Shown one piece after another: positions 9,675-20,668 of a DNA stretch of 64,000 nt (positions within the stretch are counted from its first letter, which is position 1; each line of letters opens with the position of its first letter). The stretch comes from Dehalococcoidia bacterium (lineage in GTDB: Bacteria; Chloroflexota; Dehalococcoidia; Lucifugimonadales; UBA3495). The stretch is from contig CBDANK010000002.1 of NCBI GenBank assembly GCA_965197565.1, forward strand, positions 841,403 through 905,402. Reading direction: 5' to 3'. The notes beneath the pieces are model-generated. The model had not been told where the DNA came from and made no database searches. It saw nothing but the letters and a program-made list of their open reading frames with translations. The position numbers and the translations under genes are program-made.

Positions 9675-10409
9675 ATGGCAAATCAGCACGGTAGCTTTCA
9701 AGCCCGCTCTCGGATGCGTGTTATGGACAGCATGCTTCCGGTTTTACACCAGATTCATGTGATAAGGGCGATCACTCGCCACCACGAAATCGACAAGGAA
9801 GGTCTCTATGGCCAGGCTCTGGCAGACTTTACTCATGGGGACAACGCAGAAGCCTTCTCTGCTCTTGGCGAATTCGTCCATAGGGTGACGTCAGGAACAC
9901 TGCTAGATGACAAAGGCGACGCACCTGTAGGAACGTTGTTGAGCATAGATCTACGTGACGTCGAAGAACATACCTGCTCAAATATCCGTGAATTCAACCA
10001 TAGGTACCTGAACAATAAGGGCATATCCGCTCTGCTGACCCTTCTCGCAATTGATGCGGCAGGCCTGGACCTGGCAGCCATCGACGTCTTGAGGGGAGGA
10101 GAAGCTCTCAGCGCTGCCTACGGACCCCGGAAGACTCGACGACACAAGAATCTGGGTAAACAAATGCAAAGTTGGCTCAAGGACTTAAAGTCAGCGGACG
10201 AACCTGCGACGATGGAAGCGGCAGACCGCTATGTCGAGTATCGCTATCTTGACCACGGTAATTTGCCTAACTACAAGAAGCGCAAAGAACTCGAAGGCGA
10301 TACACCTAGCGAGCGGTATTACAGAGAATGGTTTCGAGACTTCAACAAGGCACTCGGGTTTTGGCAGCCGGGCCCCGGGCGACCAAGTAACACGCCTGAC
10401 CATCACTGA
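9675..10409 (+). CDS. hypothetical protein (244 aa), no recognisable domain
   Basis: This is a long ORF in a visibly lower-GC patch inside the IS graveyard. I recognise no family motif. Confidence 0.45.
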   Translation: MANQHGSFQARSRMRVMDSMLPVLHQIHVIRAITRHHEIDKEGLYGQALADFTHGDNAEAFSALGEFVHRVTSGTLLDDKGDAPVGTLLSIDLRDVEEHTCSNIREFNHRYLNNKGISALLTLLAIDAAGLDLAAIDVLRGGEALSAAYGPRKTRRHKNLGKQMQSWLKDLKSADEPATMEAADRYVEYRYLDHGNLPNYKKRKELEGDTPSERYYREWFRDFNKALGFWQPGPGRPSNTPDHH

Positions 10410-10458
10410 AATGACCCTGCCCCATTTGCCGTACAAGCCGGAGTGCGAGCTTTGTGGC

Positions 10459-10714
10459 TCAATCTACCATTCCTGCCAGTGCGGCAAGCCTCCGCGGAGA
10501 CAGGTTGCCTAGGGCACTGCGGGGTCTTTCCCCATTGTAATATCTTCGTAATATCTTCGCCAAGATTCCATCTTCTTCTGATCCCCCTCCATGGACAGGA
10601 ACTAGTCTTAGTTCAGGCACTCTTGCCGAAGTCTCCCATTGAACGACCCAATGAAGGCGTTGTCAGCAGGTTCGTTTGCACGACCGAGGTCCAATTCCAC
10701 GCCGTTTGTCAAGC
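10459..10714 (-). pseudogene. IS3-family OrfB C-terminal remnant
   Basis: ...NGVELDLGRANEPADNAFIGSFNGRLRQECLN* is followed by ...MESWRRYYNGERPRSALGNLSPRRLAALAGMVD*. The second part is readable only after removing one copy of an 11-bp tandem duplication (10537-10558). Confidence 0.7.
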
Positions 10715-10728
10715 AACTGTCTTGAAAG

Positions 10729-11889
<1,161 letters not shown>

Positions 11890-12013
11890 GGCGGTGACAG
11901 AGTGGGCCACTGGGGCGGCGGAATCGTGTACCACCGACATGAACGCCTGACATCAGTAGATCAGACAGAGGGTCGACAATGGAGGAGTAGGAACGGACAG
12001 CGTTGTCAGCGCG

Positions 12014-12796
12014 TTATGCGTTGTCCGGGTCTTCGGGAGCTTGGGGCACGGCGTTCTCGCGGCTGCGCTTGAGGCGGTAGCTGTCGCCGTTCATCTCGAG
12101 GATGTGGACGTGGTGGGTGAGCCGGTCCAGCAGCGCTCCAGTCAATCGTTCTGAGCCAAATACCCCGGTCCATTCGTCGAAGGGCAGGTTGGTGGTGACC
12201 AGGATGGAGCCCCGCTCGTAGCGCTGGCTGAAGACCTCGAAGAGGAGTTCCGCGCCGGTGGGGGACAGGGGGACGAAGCCCAGTTCGTCGATGATCAGCA
12301 GGTTCAGGCGAGAGAGTTGTCTCTGTAAATTCAGCAGCCGTCTTTCGTCCCGGGCCTCCATGAGTTCATGGACCAGGGCGGCGGCGGTGGTGAAGCCCAC
12401 GGACAACCCCCGCTGACAGGCGGCCAGGCCCAGCCCCAGGGCCATGTGGGTCTTGCCGGTGCCGCTGTTGCCGATGGCGATGACGTTCTCCCTATGCTGG
12501 ACGTATTCGCAGCGGGCCAGCTCCATCACCAGGGCTTTGTTCACCGAGGGGATGGCCAGGAAGTCGAAGGTGTCCAGGCTCTTGACCGCCGGGAAGCGGG
12601 CAGCGCGGATGCGGCGCTGCACCATGCGCTGGTGGCGGTCGATGAGTTCCAGTTCGGCCAACCGGAGCAAGTACTGGGGATGGTCTGCGCCCTCGGCGGC
12701 ACACTGGGCGGCCAGCTTGCCGTATTCCCGCAGGAAGCTGGGCAGCTTGAGTTCCTTCAGATGATGCTCCAACAGCAGCGTCGACCTGTCGCTCAT
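12014..12796 (-). CDS. istB: IS21 helper ATPase IstB
   Basis: The product starts MSDRSTLLLEHHLKELKLP. The Walker A is GNSGTGKTH and the Walker B is LLIIDELG. The ATG overlaps the istA stop (ATGA at 12793-12796). Confidence 0.9.
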   Translation of the reverse strand: MSDRSTLLLEHHLKELKLPSFLREYGKLAAQCAAEGADHPQYLLRLAELELIDRHQRMVQRRIRAARFPAVKSLDTFDFLAIPSVNKALVMELARCEYVQHRENVIAIGNSGTGKTHMALGLGLAACQRGLSVGFTTAAALVHELMEARDERRLLNLQRQLSRLNLLIIDELGFVPLSPTGAELLFEVFSQRYERGSILVTTNLPFDEWTGVFGSERLTGALLDRLTHHVHILEMNGDSYRLKRSRENAVPQAPEDPDNA

Positions 12797-14349
12797 GCCG
12801 CCCTCCCCGACAGCAACGTCATGTAGTCCCCAGCCGAGGTAGTGTTCACCCGCACTCGGGGCAGATAGGGGTACAGCTCCAGGTCGAGGCGGGGCGGCCG
12901 TCCCTCCATCCGGCACATCACCAGGTGCTTCACCGCGTCGAAGCTAAGCGCCCCCAGCCGGAGGGCGTCCCTGATGGCTGCGTGCACCTCTTGCAGCCTG
13001 AAGCTTTCCAACAGCCGGAGCACCTGGACGAACTCCCGCTTGCCCCGTCGTCCCATCCGGGACTCCAGCAGGCGGCGCAGGGTGGCGAACTCCTCGGGAA
13101 GGCCCCAGCCCTGCATGGGCGCGGCCTGGTCCAGGGCGCCCGTCTTCTGCTCCAGCAGGGGCAGGTAGTGGACGGGATCGTAGACGAAGTCGTCCCGCTC
13201 ATATGAGCGTGGGTGCCGGGCGATGACCTCGGAGCCGCAGCTGATGACCACCTGATCAACGTAGCCCCTGGCCATGACGTCCCGATACCCGTAGGCCACC
13301 GGCACCGAGTAGTCGTTGGTCCGGTACCGCACCAGGGACTGGGAACTGACCCGGCCCGCCTGTTTGTCGCAGGCGTCGAAGGGCGCGGCCGGCAGGGGCA
13401 ACAGGGCCTCCAGGTCCCGCTCCATCCGCTGACCAATGCTTTCGGCGTGCCCTCGGAGCCGGGCGTCCATCCGTTCCAGGCAGCGCCCCTCCAGGTGGGC
13501 GTTCAGCGCCTCAAAGCTCTCGAAGGACGGCACCGGCACCAGGAAGTTCCGCCGCACGTAGCCCACCATGCCCTCCACCTTCCCCTTGTCGTTGCCCTTG
13601 GCGGGACGGCCGAACCGGTCATCGAAAAGGTAGTGGGACTGAAGCTCGGTGAAGGCCCGGGTGCGCTGGCGCCGGCCGTCCCCCAGGATCCTGGCCACCG
13701 CCAGCTTGGTGTTGTCGTACAGGATGCTCTGGGGCACCCCACCCAGGAAGGCGAAAGCGGAGACGTGGCCGTCCAGGAAAGCCTCGGTGGTCTCCGCCGG
13801 ATAGGCTTTGACGAAGCAGCCGTCGCTGTGGGGCAGGTCCAGGACGAAGTAGTGGGCCTTGCGCTCCACCCCGCCGATGATCACCAGGGCTTCGCCAAAG
13901 TCGCACTGGGCGTGCCCCGGGGCATGGGACAGCGGCACGAACATCTCCTGCGTCCGCCGCCGATGTTCCCTCACGTAGTCCTTCATGATGGTGTACTGGC
14001 CGGCGAACCCGTGCTCGTCCCGCAGGCGCTCAAAGATGCGCTGGGCGGTGTGGCGCTGCTTCCGGGGAATCCCGAGGTCGTCTTCCAGTATCCGGTCGAT
14101 GACGCCGGTAAAGGGCTCCAGCTTGGGACGGCGGGGCGGGTTCTGCCGCCGGTAGCCCGGTGGGACTGAGTAGGCGGTCATCTTGCGCACCGTGTCCCGG
14201 TGCAACCCGAACACCCGGGAGGCCTCTCGGATGCTCATGCCCTCCACCATTACGGCCCGGCGGACCCGCAGATACACTTCCACTTGGTACATCCGTCGCA
14301 CCATCCATAGGCTCAACTTCAAACCTATGGATGGCGGCGGACGGTCCAT
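12793..14349 (-). CDS. istA: IS21 transposase IstA
   Basis: The HTH is MSIREASRVFGLHRDTVRKM and the rve core follows (…CDFGEALVIIGG…, AKGNDKGKVEG). The true start may be the internal Met at 14304 or 14292. Confidence 0.9.
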   Translation of the reverse strand: MDRPPPSIGLKLSLWMVRRMYQVEVYLRVRRAVMVEGMSIREASRVFGLHRDTVRKMTAYSVPPGYRRQNPPRRPKLEPFTGVIDRILEDDLGIPRKQRHTAQRIFERLRDEHGFAGQYTIMKDYVREHRRRTQEMFVPLSHAPGHAQCDFGEALVIIGGVERKAHYFVLDLPHSDGCFVKAYPAETTEAFLDGHVSAFAFLGGVPQSILYDNTKLAVARILGDGRRQRTRAFTELQSHYLFDDRFGRPAKGNDKGKVEGMVGYVRRNFLVPVPSFESFEALNAHLEGRCLERMDARLRGHAESIGQRMERDLEALLPLPAAPFDACDKQAGRVSSQSLVRYRTNDYSVPVAYGYRDVMARGYVDQVVISCGSEVIARHPRSYERDDFVYDPVHYLPLLEQKTGALDQAAPMQGWGLPEEFATLRRLLESRMGRRGKREFVQVLRLLESFRLQEVHAAIRDALRLGALSFDAVKHLVMCRMEGRPPRLDLELYPYLPRVRVNTTSAGDYMTLLSGRAA

Positions 14350-14370
14350 TTTTCAACCGCCAATTGTCAG

Positions 14371-14527
14371 CTGGTCAATCCGCCCGCATGGTCCACTTTA
14401 ACTCCGCCTTTTACAACCCGAATGGTCCCGGGCAGGCGATGTTGCTCCATCAGGTGATACAGCACCTCCACGACTCCCTGGCCTCCAATGCTGGCTGCCA
14501 CCTTGATGGCCATACTCTCACGAGTAA
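14371..14527 (-). pseudogene. possible IS3-family OrfB fragment
   Basis: TRESMAIKVAASIGGQGVVEVLYHLMEQHRLPGTIRV resembles the ...AIEVDxSLxGxRVVxVLExL...PxxIRVDNG region seen at 7589-7750. Similarity is weak past that point. Confidence 0.35.
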
Positions 14528-14528
14528 A

Positions 14529-14679
14529 GCAACCGTCTTGAAAATCAAGATGTGACCACGGGTATGATCCAGCGCTGACCGTTCTTGACCATGCTGTTCA
14601 GAATGGTCAGCAGTTGGCGCATGCAGGCAATCAGGGCCACCTTCTTGGCCTTGTCGGCGGCCAGCAGCCGTAGCTAAAA
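14529..14679 (-). pseudogene. IS110-family remnant C (3' end only)
   Basis: The remnant encodes ...F*LRLLAADKAKKVALIACMRQLLTILNSMVKNGQRWIIPVVTS* and carries the conserved 3' tail TTCAAGACGGTTGC. It is split by IS110 copy B. Confidence 0.75.
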
Positions 14680-14695
14680 GCAACTGTCTTTGATG

Positions 14696-15836
<1,141 letters not shown>

Positions 15837-15846
15837 ACCCTAATAT

Positions 15847-16054
15847 GAGACCTTTGCGTAACTGGTCGCTTAACTTGTCATTCCGACCGGAGGGAGGAAT
15901 CTAAGGCGTTGGGCCGGAGTCGTCGCGCCGGTCCAGCTACGGACCCAGTACTTGCTGACATAGGTTTGAGATTCCTCACGGAGTTTATCCTGAGCGCAGC
16001 CGAAGGGCTTCGCTGCGTTCGGAATGACAGGGATGGGGGTTATGCAGAGGTCTC
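15847..16054. repeat. MITE-like repeat, family B (TIR GAGACCTTTGCRTAAC), copy B1
   Basis: It is about 90% identical to 53250-53478 and, in inverse orientation, to 31248-31455. It contains GTCATTCCGA...GGAATCTAA hairpin modules. Confidence 0.8.
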
Positions 16055-16161
16055 AAATATATAGTATTGACCTGGCCCAAAGCCCGGTGGATAATTGTTG
16101 CTGTTATGAGGCAGGTATCCCACTACTACCGTTGCTATAGTGGTAAAAGGGAGTGTGAAAC

Positions 16162-17289
16162 ATGGCTGATTACAGAGTTATATCCTCGGACAACCACGTA
16201 TTCGAGCCGGTGGACCTGTGGACCAGCAGGACCGAGCCGAAATTCAGAGACCGGATGCCCCACATCGAGCACTTGGAAGACGGTGATTGGTGGTACTGCG
16301 ACGGCCACAAAGTCACCGGGACCAGTGCCGGCACCCAGGTTGGAGTGAGGTTTGAGGACCAATCGAAGCTGGAACGCACTAGGCCGGTGGAAGAGATCCG
16401 ACCGGGGGGCTGGATTCCTGAAGAACATGTGAAAGACATGGACGCCGACGGGATAGACGCCGGCATCATCTTCCCCAGCGTCGGTCTGGACCTCTATCAA
16501 AATATCCCGGACAGCGATCTGTTGACGGAAATATTTAGAATCTACAACGACTGGCTGGCCGAGTTCTGCCGGGCCTTCCCCGACCGGCTCAAAGGCATTG
16601 CCATGATCAACATTGACGAGGTGAAGCCCGGTGTGAAGGAGTTGGAACGCTGCGCCAAAATGGGGCTAATAGGGGGAATGATTACGGAATACCCCACACC
16701 GGACCGGCCGTACAGCTTGCCGGAATACGATCTCCTCTGGGCGGCGGCTCAAGACCTACAAATGCCCTTGGCGCTGCACTTCACCACCAACCGGCCGGGA
16801 CCCGGTCAAGAGGCCGTCGGCGGCATGGATAACCTTAGCCCCGCTTTCATGTGCAACATGGACCACTGGGTGCGGATGTCGCTGGCTCACATCATCTATG
16901 GCGGGGTGTTCCAACGCTTCCCCGAACTTCAAATAGGCGCGGTGGAGAATGAGCTGGCTTGGGCCCCCCACTTCCTGGAGAGGTTGGACTACACCTATAC
17001 CCAGCGGGTGCCCAGGTCGGAATGGTGGGACCGGTTTACCGGAGACAAGCTACCCAGCGAGTACTTTCACAGCAACGTCTTCCTCGGCTTCCAGGAGGAC
17101 GCCCTGGGCATTGAGTTGCGCGACCGCATAGGAGTGGACAATCTAATGTGGGGCTCGGACTATCCTCACACCGAGTCCACCTTCCCCAGAAGCCGGCAGA
17201 TACTGGAGGAGATCCTGGTGAACTGCACCGAGGAGGAAAAAGCCAAGATCGCTGGCGGCAACGCCGCCAGAGTATATCGTATGGATTAG
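16162..17289 (+). CDS. amidohydrolase-2 family protein (ACMSD/LigW-like metal-dependent hydrolase or decarboxylase)
   Basis: SSDNHVFEP, DADGIDAGIIFPS, the ...ALHF... region and WGSDYPHTES are typical of PF04909. Confidence 0.8.
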   Translation: MADYRVISSDNHVFEPVDLWTSRTEPKFRDRMPHIEHLEDGDWWYCDGHKVTGTSAGTQVGVRFEDQSKLERTRPVEEIRPGGWIPEEHVKDMDADGIDAGIIFPSVGLDLYQNIPDSDLLTEIFRIYNDWLAEFCRAFPDRLKGIAMINIDEVKPGVKELERCAKMGLIGGMITEYPTPDRPYSLPEYDLLWAAAQDLQMPLALHFTTNRPGPGQEAVGGMDNLSPAFMCNMDHWVRMSLAHIIYGGVFQRFPELQIGAVENELAWAPHFLERLDYTYTQRVPRSEWWDRFTGDKLPSEYFHSNVFLGFQEDALGIELRDRIGVDNLMWGSDYPHTESTFPRSRQILEEILVNCTEEEKAKIAGGNAARVYRMD

Positions 17290-17373
17290 AAACCGGCACT
17301 CCGCCGGACCAAACCTTGGCTCTCAGCAGGCGCTCCTTAAGGGAGCGCCTGCCGTTTGTTATCCGGAATTCCC

Positions 17374-17720
17374 CAGGGTCTTTTCATTGTCATCCCCGGC
17401 CTACACCAGGGCAGGCTCTGAGCCACTCTTCATTGTCACCATGAACGGAGTGAAGTCTAGGGCCTGTTGACGCTAATGGCTGGGGGCCGGGCAACCACAA
17501 GGGTTGCCCCTACGAAATCCCGTAGCACACCGGTTGTAGAGGCGCCCTTTGTGGGAGGCTGGACTACCAATCCCTATATAGGAAATTGGTAGTGTCAACA
17601 GGCCCTAAAATCCTTGACTGTATTCTCTTTCTTAGATACTCAAACCACATTCTTGCTGAAGAGTTTTAGATTCTTCGCCTACGGCTCAGAATGACATTTT
17701 CCGAGAATGAAAAGACCCCG
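17374..17720. repeat. MITE-like repeat, family A (TIR CAGGGTCTTT...), copy A1, carrying a nested element
   Basis: The ends CAGGGTCTTTTCATTG... and ...GAATGAAAAGACCCCG are homologous to A2-A5. It is 137 bp longer because of the insert at 17460-17605. Confidence 0.75.
17460..17605. repeat. nested palindromic element with TA target duplication
   Basis: The TIRs are GGGCCTGTTGAC... and ...GTCAACAGGCCC. Host MITE copies read GTCTAAAGTCC where A1 reads GTCTA[insert]TAAAATCC. Confidence 0.65.
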
Positions 17721-17762
17721 GAGGTTACCGGCCTGCTATGGGGTAGTATCCCTTGTCCCAGG

Positions 17763-18638
17763 CTAGACCTGGAGCATCGACTTGGGAACGCAGACCCGCA
17801 TGGTGTAGGGAGGATTCCCGGCCAGGCTGGTCCGCACATCGGCAGCACAAGCGATCAGCATGGCGGCGTCGGTGACATCAATGCCCAGCTTGTCCACCAT
17901 CAGGTCCGCCATGGCGGATATGGCCATCTTGCTGGCCTCCTCCATGGTCTCGCCTTCTCCGGTGGTCATCACTTCGGTTTCGTTGGCAACCACCGGGCGG
18001 GAGACTTTGAAACTGTCCTCGATGGACACCCTGAAAGTAGCATCCAGTGCGCCCTCGACGGCCGAGGCTGTGGCCTCGCCATCGCCGACCGCCGCGTGAC
18101 AATCGCCGAGGGTTAGCAGGCCGCCCGGATGAAACACCGGCAGGTAGACGGTGCATCCTTTGGTGATCTGGGTGTTGCCCATAGAGCCGCCAAAGTCGCC
18201 CTTTTGACCGCTGCCCGCCGGTCCATCCTTGGGCGCCACTCCGAGCCGGCCTATATTCGGGCGCAACGGCATGGTGATTTCATCATTGAAGACCACGTCC
18301 TTGTCAGTGATGTTCACCCGAGTCTTGCGGAACTCTGGGATACGATCCCCCAGAGGGCCTCGGCCCGGTGTTGCTCCGATCCAGCCATAATCCTGGGGCA
18401 AACTAACATCCAACACATCTATCTTAAGGGTATCTCCCGGCTTGGCCCCCTCTATATAGACAGGTCCCGCCATTGTCATTAAAACTTGCATGGCTTCCGG
18501 CGAAGAGTTGGGGCCTTCCCAATCAAGGAACCGGTCATTGGTTTCCATCACGAAAGTCTCTCCGGGCTCAACCCGCAGCACGGGTTCGTTGTCCGCGCTG
18601 AAGCTGGTGCAGAGTTGGTCTTTGGTGACTCGTTTCAT
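17763..18638 (-). CDS. acetamidase/formamidase family protein
   Basis: GPVYIEGAKPGDTLKIDV, GNTQITKGCTVYLPV and LLTLGDCHAAVGDGE match the FmdA/AmdA family. Confidence 0.85.
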   Translation of the reverse strand: MKRVTKDQLCTSFSADNEPVLRVEPGETFVMETNDRFLDWEGPNSSPEAMQVLMTMAGPVYIEGAKPGDTLKIDVLDVSLPQDYGWIGATPGRGPLGDRIPEFRKTRVNITDKDVVFNDEITMPLRPNIGRLGVAPKDGPAGSGQKGDFGGSMGNTQITKGCTVYLPVFHPGGLLTLGDCHAAVGDGEATASAVEGALDATFRVSIEDSFKVSRPVVANETEVMTTGEGETMEEASKMAISAMADLMVDKLGIDVTDAAMLIACAADVRTSLAGNPPYTMRVCVPKSMLQV

Positions 18639-18815
18639 GTTCTTACTCCTGCGAAAGTGTATTTAGCCGGGGCCGACGGTGCGGCTGAGTTGGCGGCCAA
18701 GCTCTCAACTGTTGCGCTGGGCCGGAATGTCCCGGCGTGGGGAGATTATAAGATGCGCTCCAATATTGGGTCAACGAGGCGCCTTCGCTAACCGGCGTCG
18801 CATTAGCCCCCGTCC

Positions 18816-19676
18816 CTAACGGCCCCGAAAGTTTGGCTGCCGTTTTTCCAGAAAGGCTTGGACCGCCTCCTTGTGGTCCTGGGTGCTCCTAGCTTGTTCC
18901 TGGGCAACGTCGGCTATCTCCAGGCTCTCTTCCAAGTTGGTCTCCAGGCTCCGGTGTACCAGGTACTTTATCAAGGACAGGGACACCAGCGGCCCCTTGG
19001 CCAGCCGGGCGGACAGTTCCATTGCTTCTTGCATCAGGGACTCGGCAGGCAGCACCTTGCTGACTATACCCAGCCGGTAAGCCTCATTCCCATCAATGCG
19101 GTCGCCGGTGTATTGCAGCAACAGGGTGTTGCTCAGGCCAATCAGGCGCGGCAGTTGCCAACTGCTGCCGTCGCCGGGGACCAACCCCATTCGTGAGAAG
19201 GCTTCGGAAAACACCGCCTTTTCCGAAGCGTAGCGTATGTCGCAAGCCAGGGCCACCCCCATGCCCACACCCATCGCAAACCCATTGACCGCCGCGATGG
19301 ACGGCTTTTGCAGATTGTGGATGCGTAAAGGCAACCGGCTGGCTTGTCCGCTAAAGCCGACTTTCTCTTGCCGGCGGCTCAAGCGGGCCTCCATTTTCCC
19401 CCAAGGCAAAGTAACCGGCTGTTCTCTTGGCCGGCCTTGGTCTTCCTGCTCTTGGATTTGCCGGTTGAACCCGCGAACGTTGGCTCCGGAGCAAAAGGAA
19501 GGCTCGGCGCCGGTTAGCAGCAACACCCGCTGTTCCGGATCGTCCTCGAACCGGTCCAAGGCATCCATCATCTCATCAGCCATTTCCCGACCCAAGGCGT
19601 TTCGGGTCGGGGGGTCATGCATGGTTAAAATCAGTACGTTGTCCTGAGCCTCGGTCTTGATGTATTGATATTCCAT
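18816..19676 (-). CDS. enoyl-CoA hydratase/isomerase (crotonase) family protein
   Basis: The likely start is MEYQYIKTEAQDNVLILTMHDPPTRNALG. FCSGANV and AAVNGFAMGVGMGVALACD are present. Confidence 0.85.
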   Translation of the reverse strand: MEYQYIKTEAQDNVLILTMHDPPTRNALGREMADEMMDALDRFEDDPEQRVLLLTGAEPSFCSGANVRGFNRQIQEQEDQGRPREQPVTLPWGKMEARLSRRQEKVGFSGQASRLPLRIHNLQKPSIAAVNGFAMGVGMGVALACDIRYASEKAVFSEAFSRMGLVPGDGSSWQLPRLIGLSNTLLLQYTGDRIDGNEAYRLGIVSKVLPAESLMQEAMELSARLAKGPLVSLSLIKYLVHRSLETNLEESLEIADVAQEQARSTQDHKEAVQAFLEKRQPNFRGR

Positions 19677-19899
19677 AGATGTCCCCAAATAGTAAGCATT
19701 GGGTGATTCAGCGGCCGGCCGTCCAACCGAAAAGGAAGGGTGGATGAACACCTGAGCCGGTTATGGTGACATGCCAGGGGTCTAACCGGTATAATCTGTG
19801 GCGTTGCCCAAGTCCAAATATCCTAGCCCGTGGTCCCTCCCAGGGCCACAGGTTAGCACAACTGTGGGAAGCCAGACAACACACGCGGGAGGCACGGGG

Positions 19900-20328
19900 A
19901 TGCAACAAGGCACCATCGTCAATCTACATCTGGCCAAGAAAAGCCGCACGCCGGTGCAGCCGGTGCAGGAAGCCACGGCCATCTCCGGCAAGGGGCTGGA
20001 GGGTGACCGCTATTGTAATGAACGCATTGTCCGCCAAGTGTTAATTATGGACAAAGAGACTCTGGACGAGTTGGCCCTTGTGCCGGGCATAATCAAGGAG
20101 AATATCACCACCACCGGCTTAGACTTGTCTCAAACCAAGGCGGGCCAAGTGGTCTTTCTCGGCGATGAGGTGACCATGGAGCTTGTGGGGGAATGCGAAC
20201 CCTGCGAGAGAATGGACGCCATCCGGTCCGGCCTACGGGAGATACTGGACCACCGCCGGGGGATGCTGGCTGTAGTCGTCAATGGCGGCCCCATCAAGGT
20301 GGGAGACTCCATCCGGGTGGAGCCTTAG
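19900..20328 (+). CDS. MOSC domain-containing protein
   Basis: The start MQQGTIVNLHLAKK follows the RBS GGGAGG. GLEGDRY and ...CEPCERMD... are typical of MOSC. Confidence 0.7.
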   Translation: MQQGTIVNLHLAKKSRTPVQPVQEATAISGKGLEGDRYCNERIVRQVLIMDKETLDELALVPGIIKENITTTGLDLSQTKAGQVVFLGDEVTMELVGECEPCERMDAIRSGLREILDHRRGMLAVVVNGGPIKVGDSIRVEP

Positions 20329-20341
20329 GCTCCCCTTCGAT

Positions 20342-20493
20342 GTCATTCCGAGCGGGGCGAGGAATCTAAAGCCCATGTCAGCAACGCTACGTCGGCAATT
20401 CCGACGACCTTCCATGATGGAGGGGTCTGTCGCCGGAATAGCACGATGACTGTGAAGGACCGCTTTAGATTCCTCACTCCGTTTCGGAATGAC
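20342..20493. repeat. palindromic repeat unit (GTCATTCCGAGCGGGGCGAGGAATCTAAAGC arms)
   Basis: The ~31-bp inverted arms lie at 20342-20372 and 20462-20493. It belongs to the same module family as the cores of the B-type MITEs. Confidence 0.7.
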
Positions 20494-20668
20494 AGGGAAG
20501 GACCCGCCTTTTAGCTACCTTCTCAGAGGGTGTTCAAAAGGCCGGCCCTTATCTTTAGACACGATTGGGACGGGACCCGTATTTGTGCAAACCAAATGCG
20601 GGTCTTCCAGTTGCCCCGCCAGTGGCGGTCGGGACCGGAGGGGGCGGCTATAGCCAGTTGGCGGGGGC

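Larger units (their letters stand above)
11947..14370 (-). mobile_element. IS21-family insertion sequence (~2.4 kb)
   Basis: The termini are CTGACA... (11947) and ...TGTCAG (14370). istA and istB overlap by ATGA. Confidence 0.8.
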
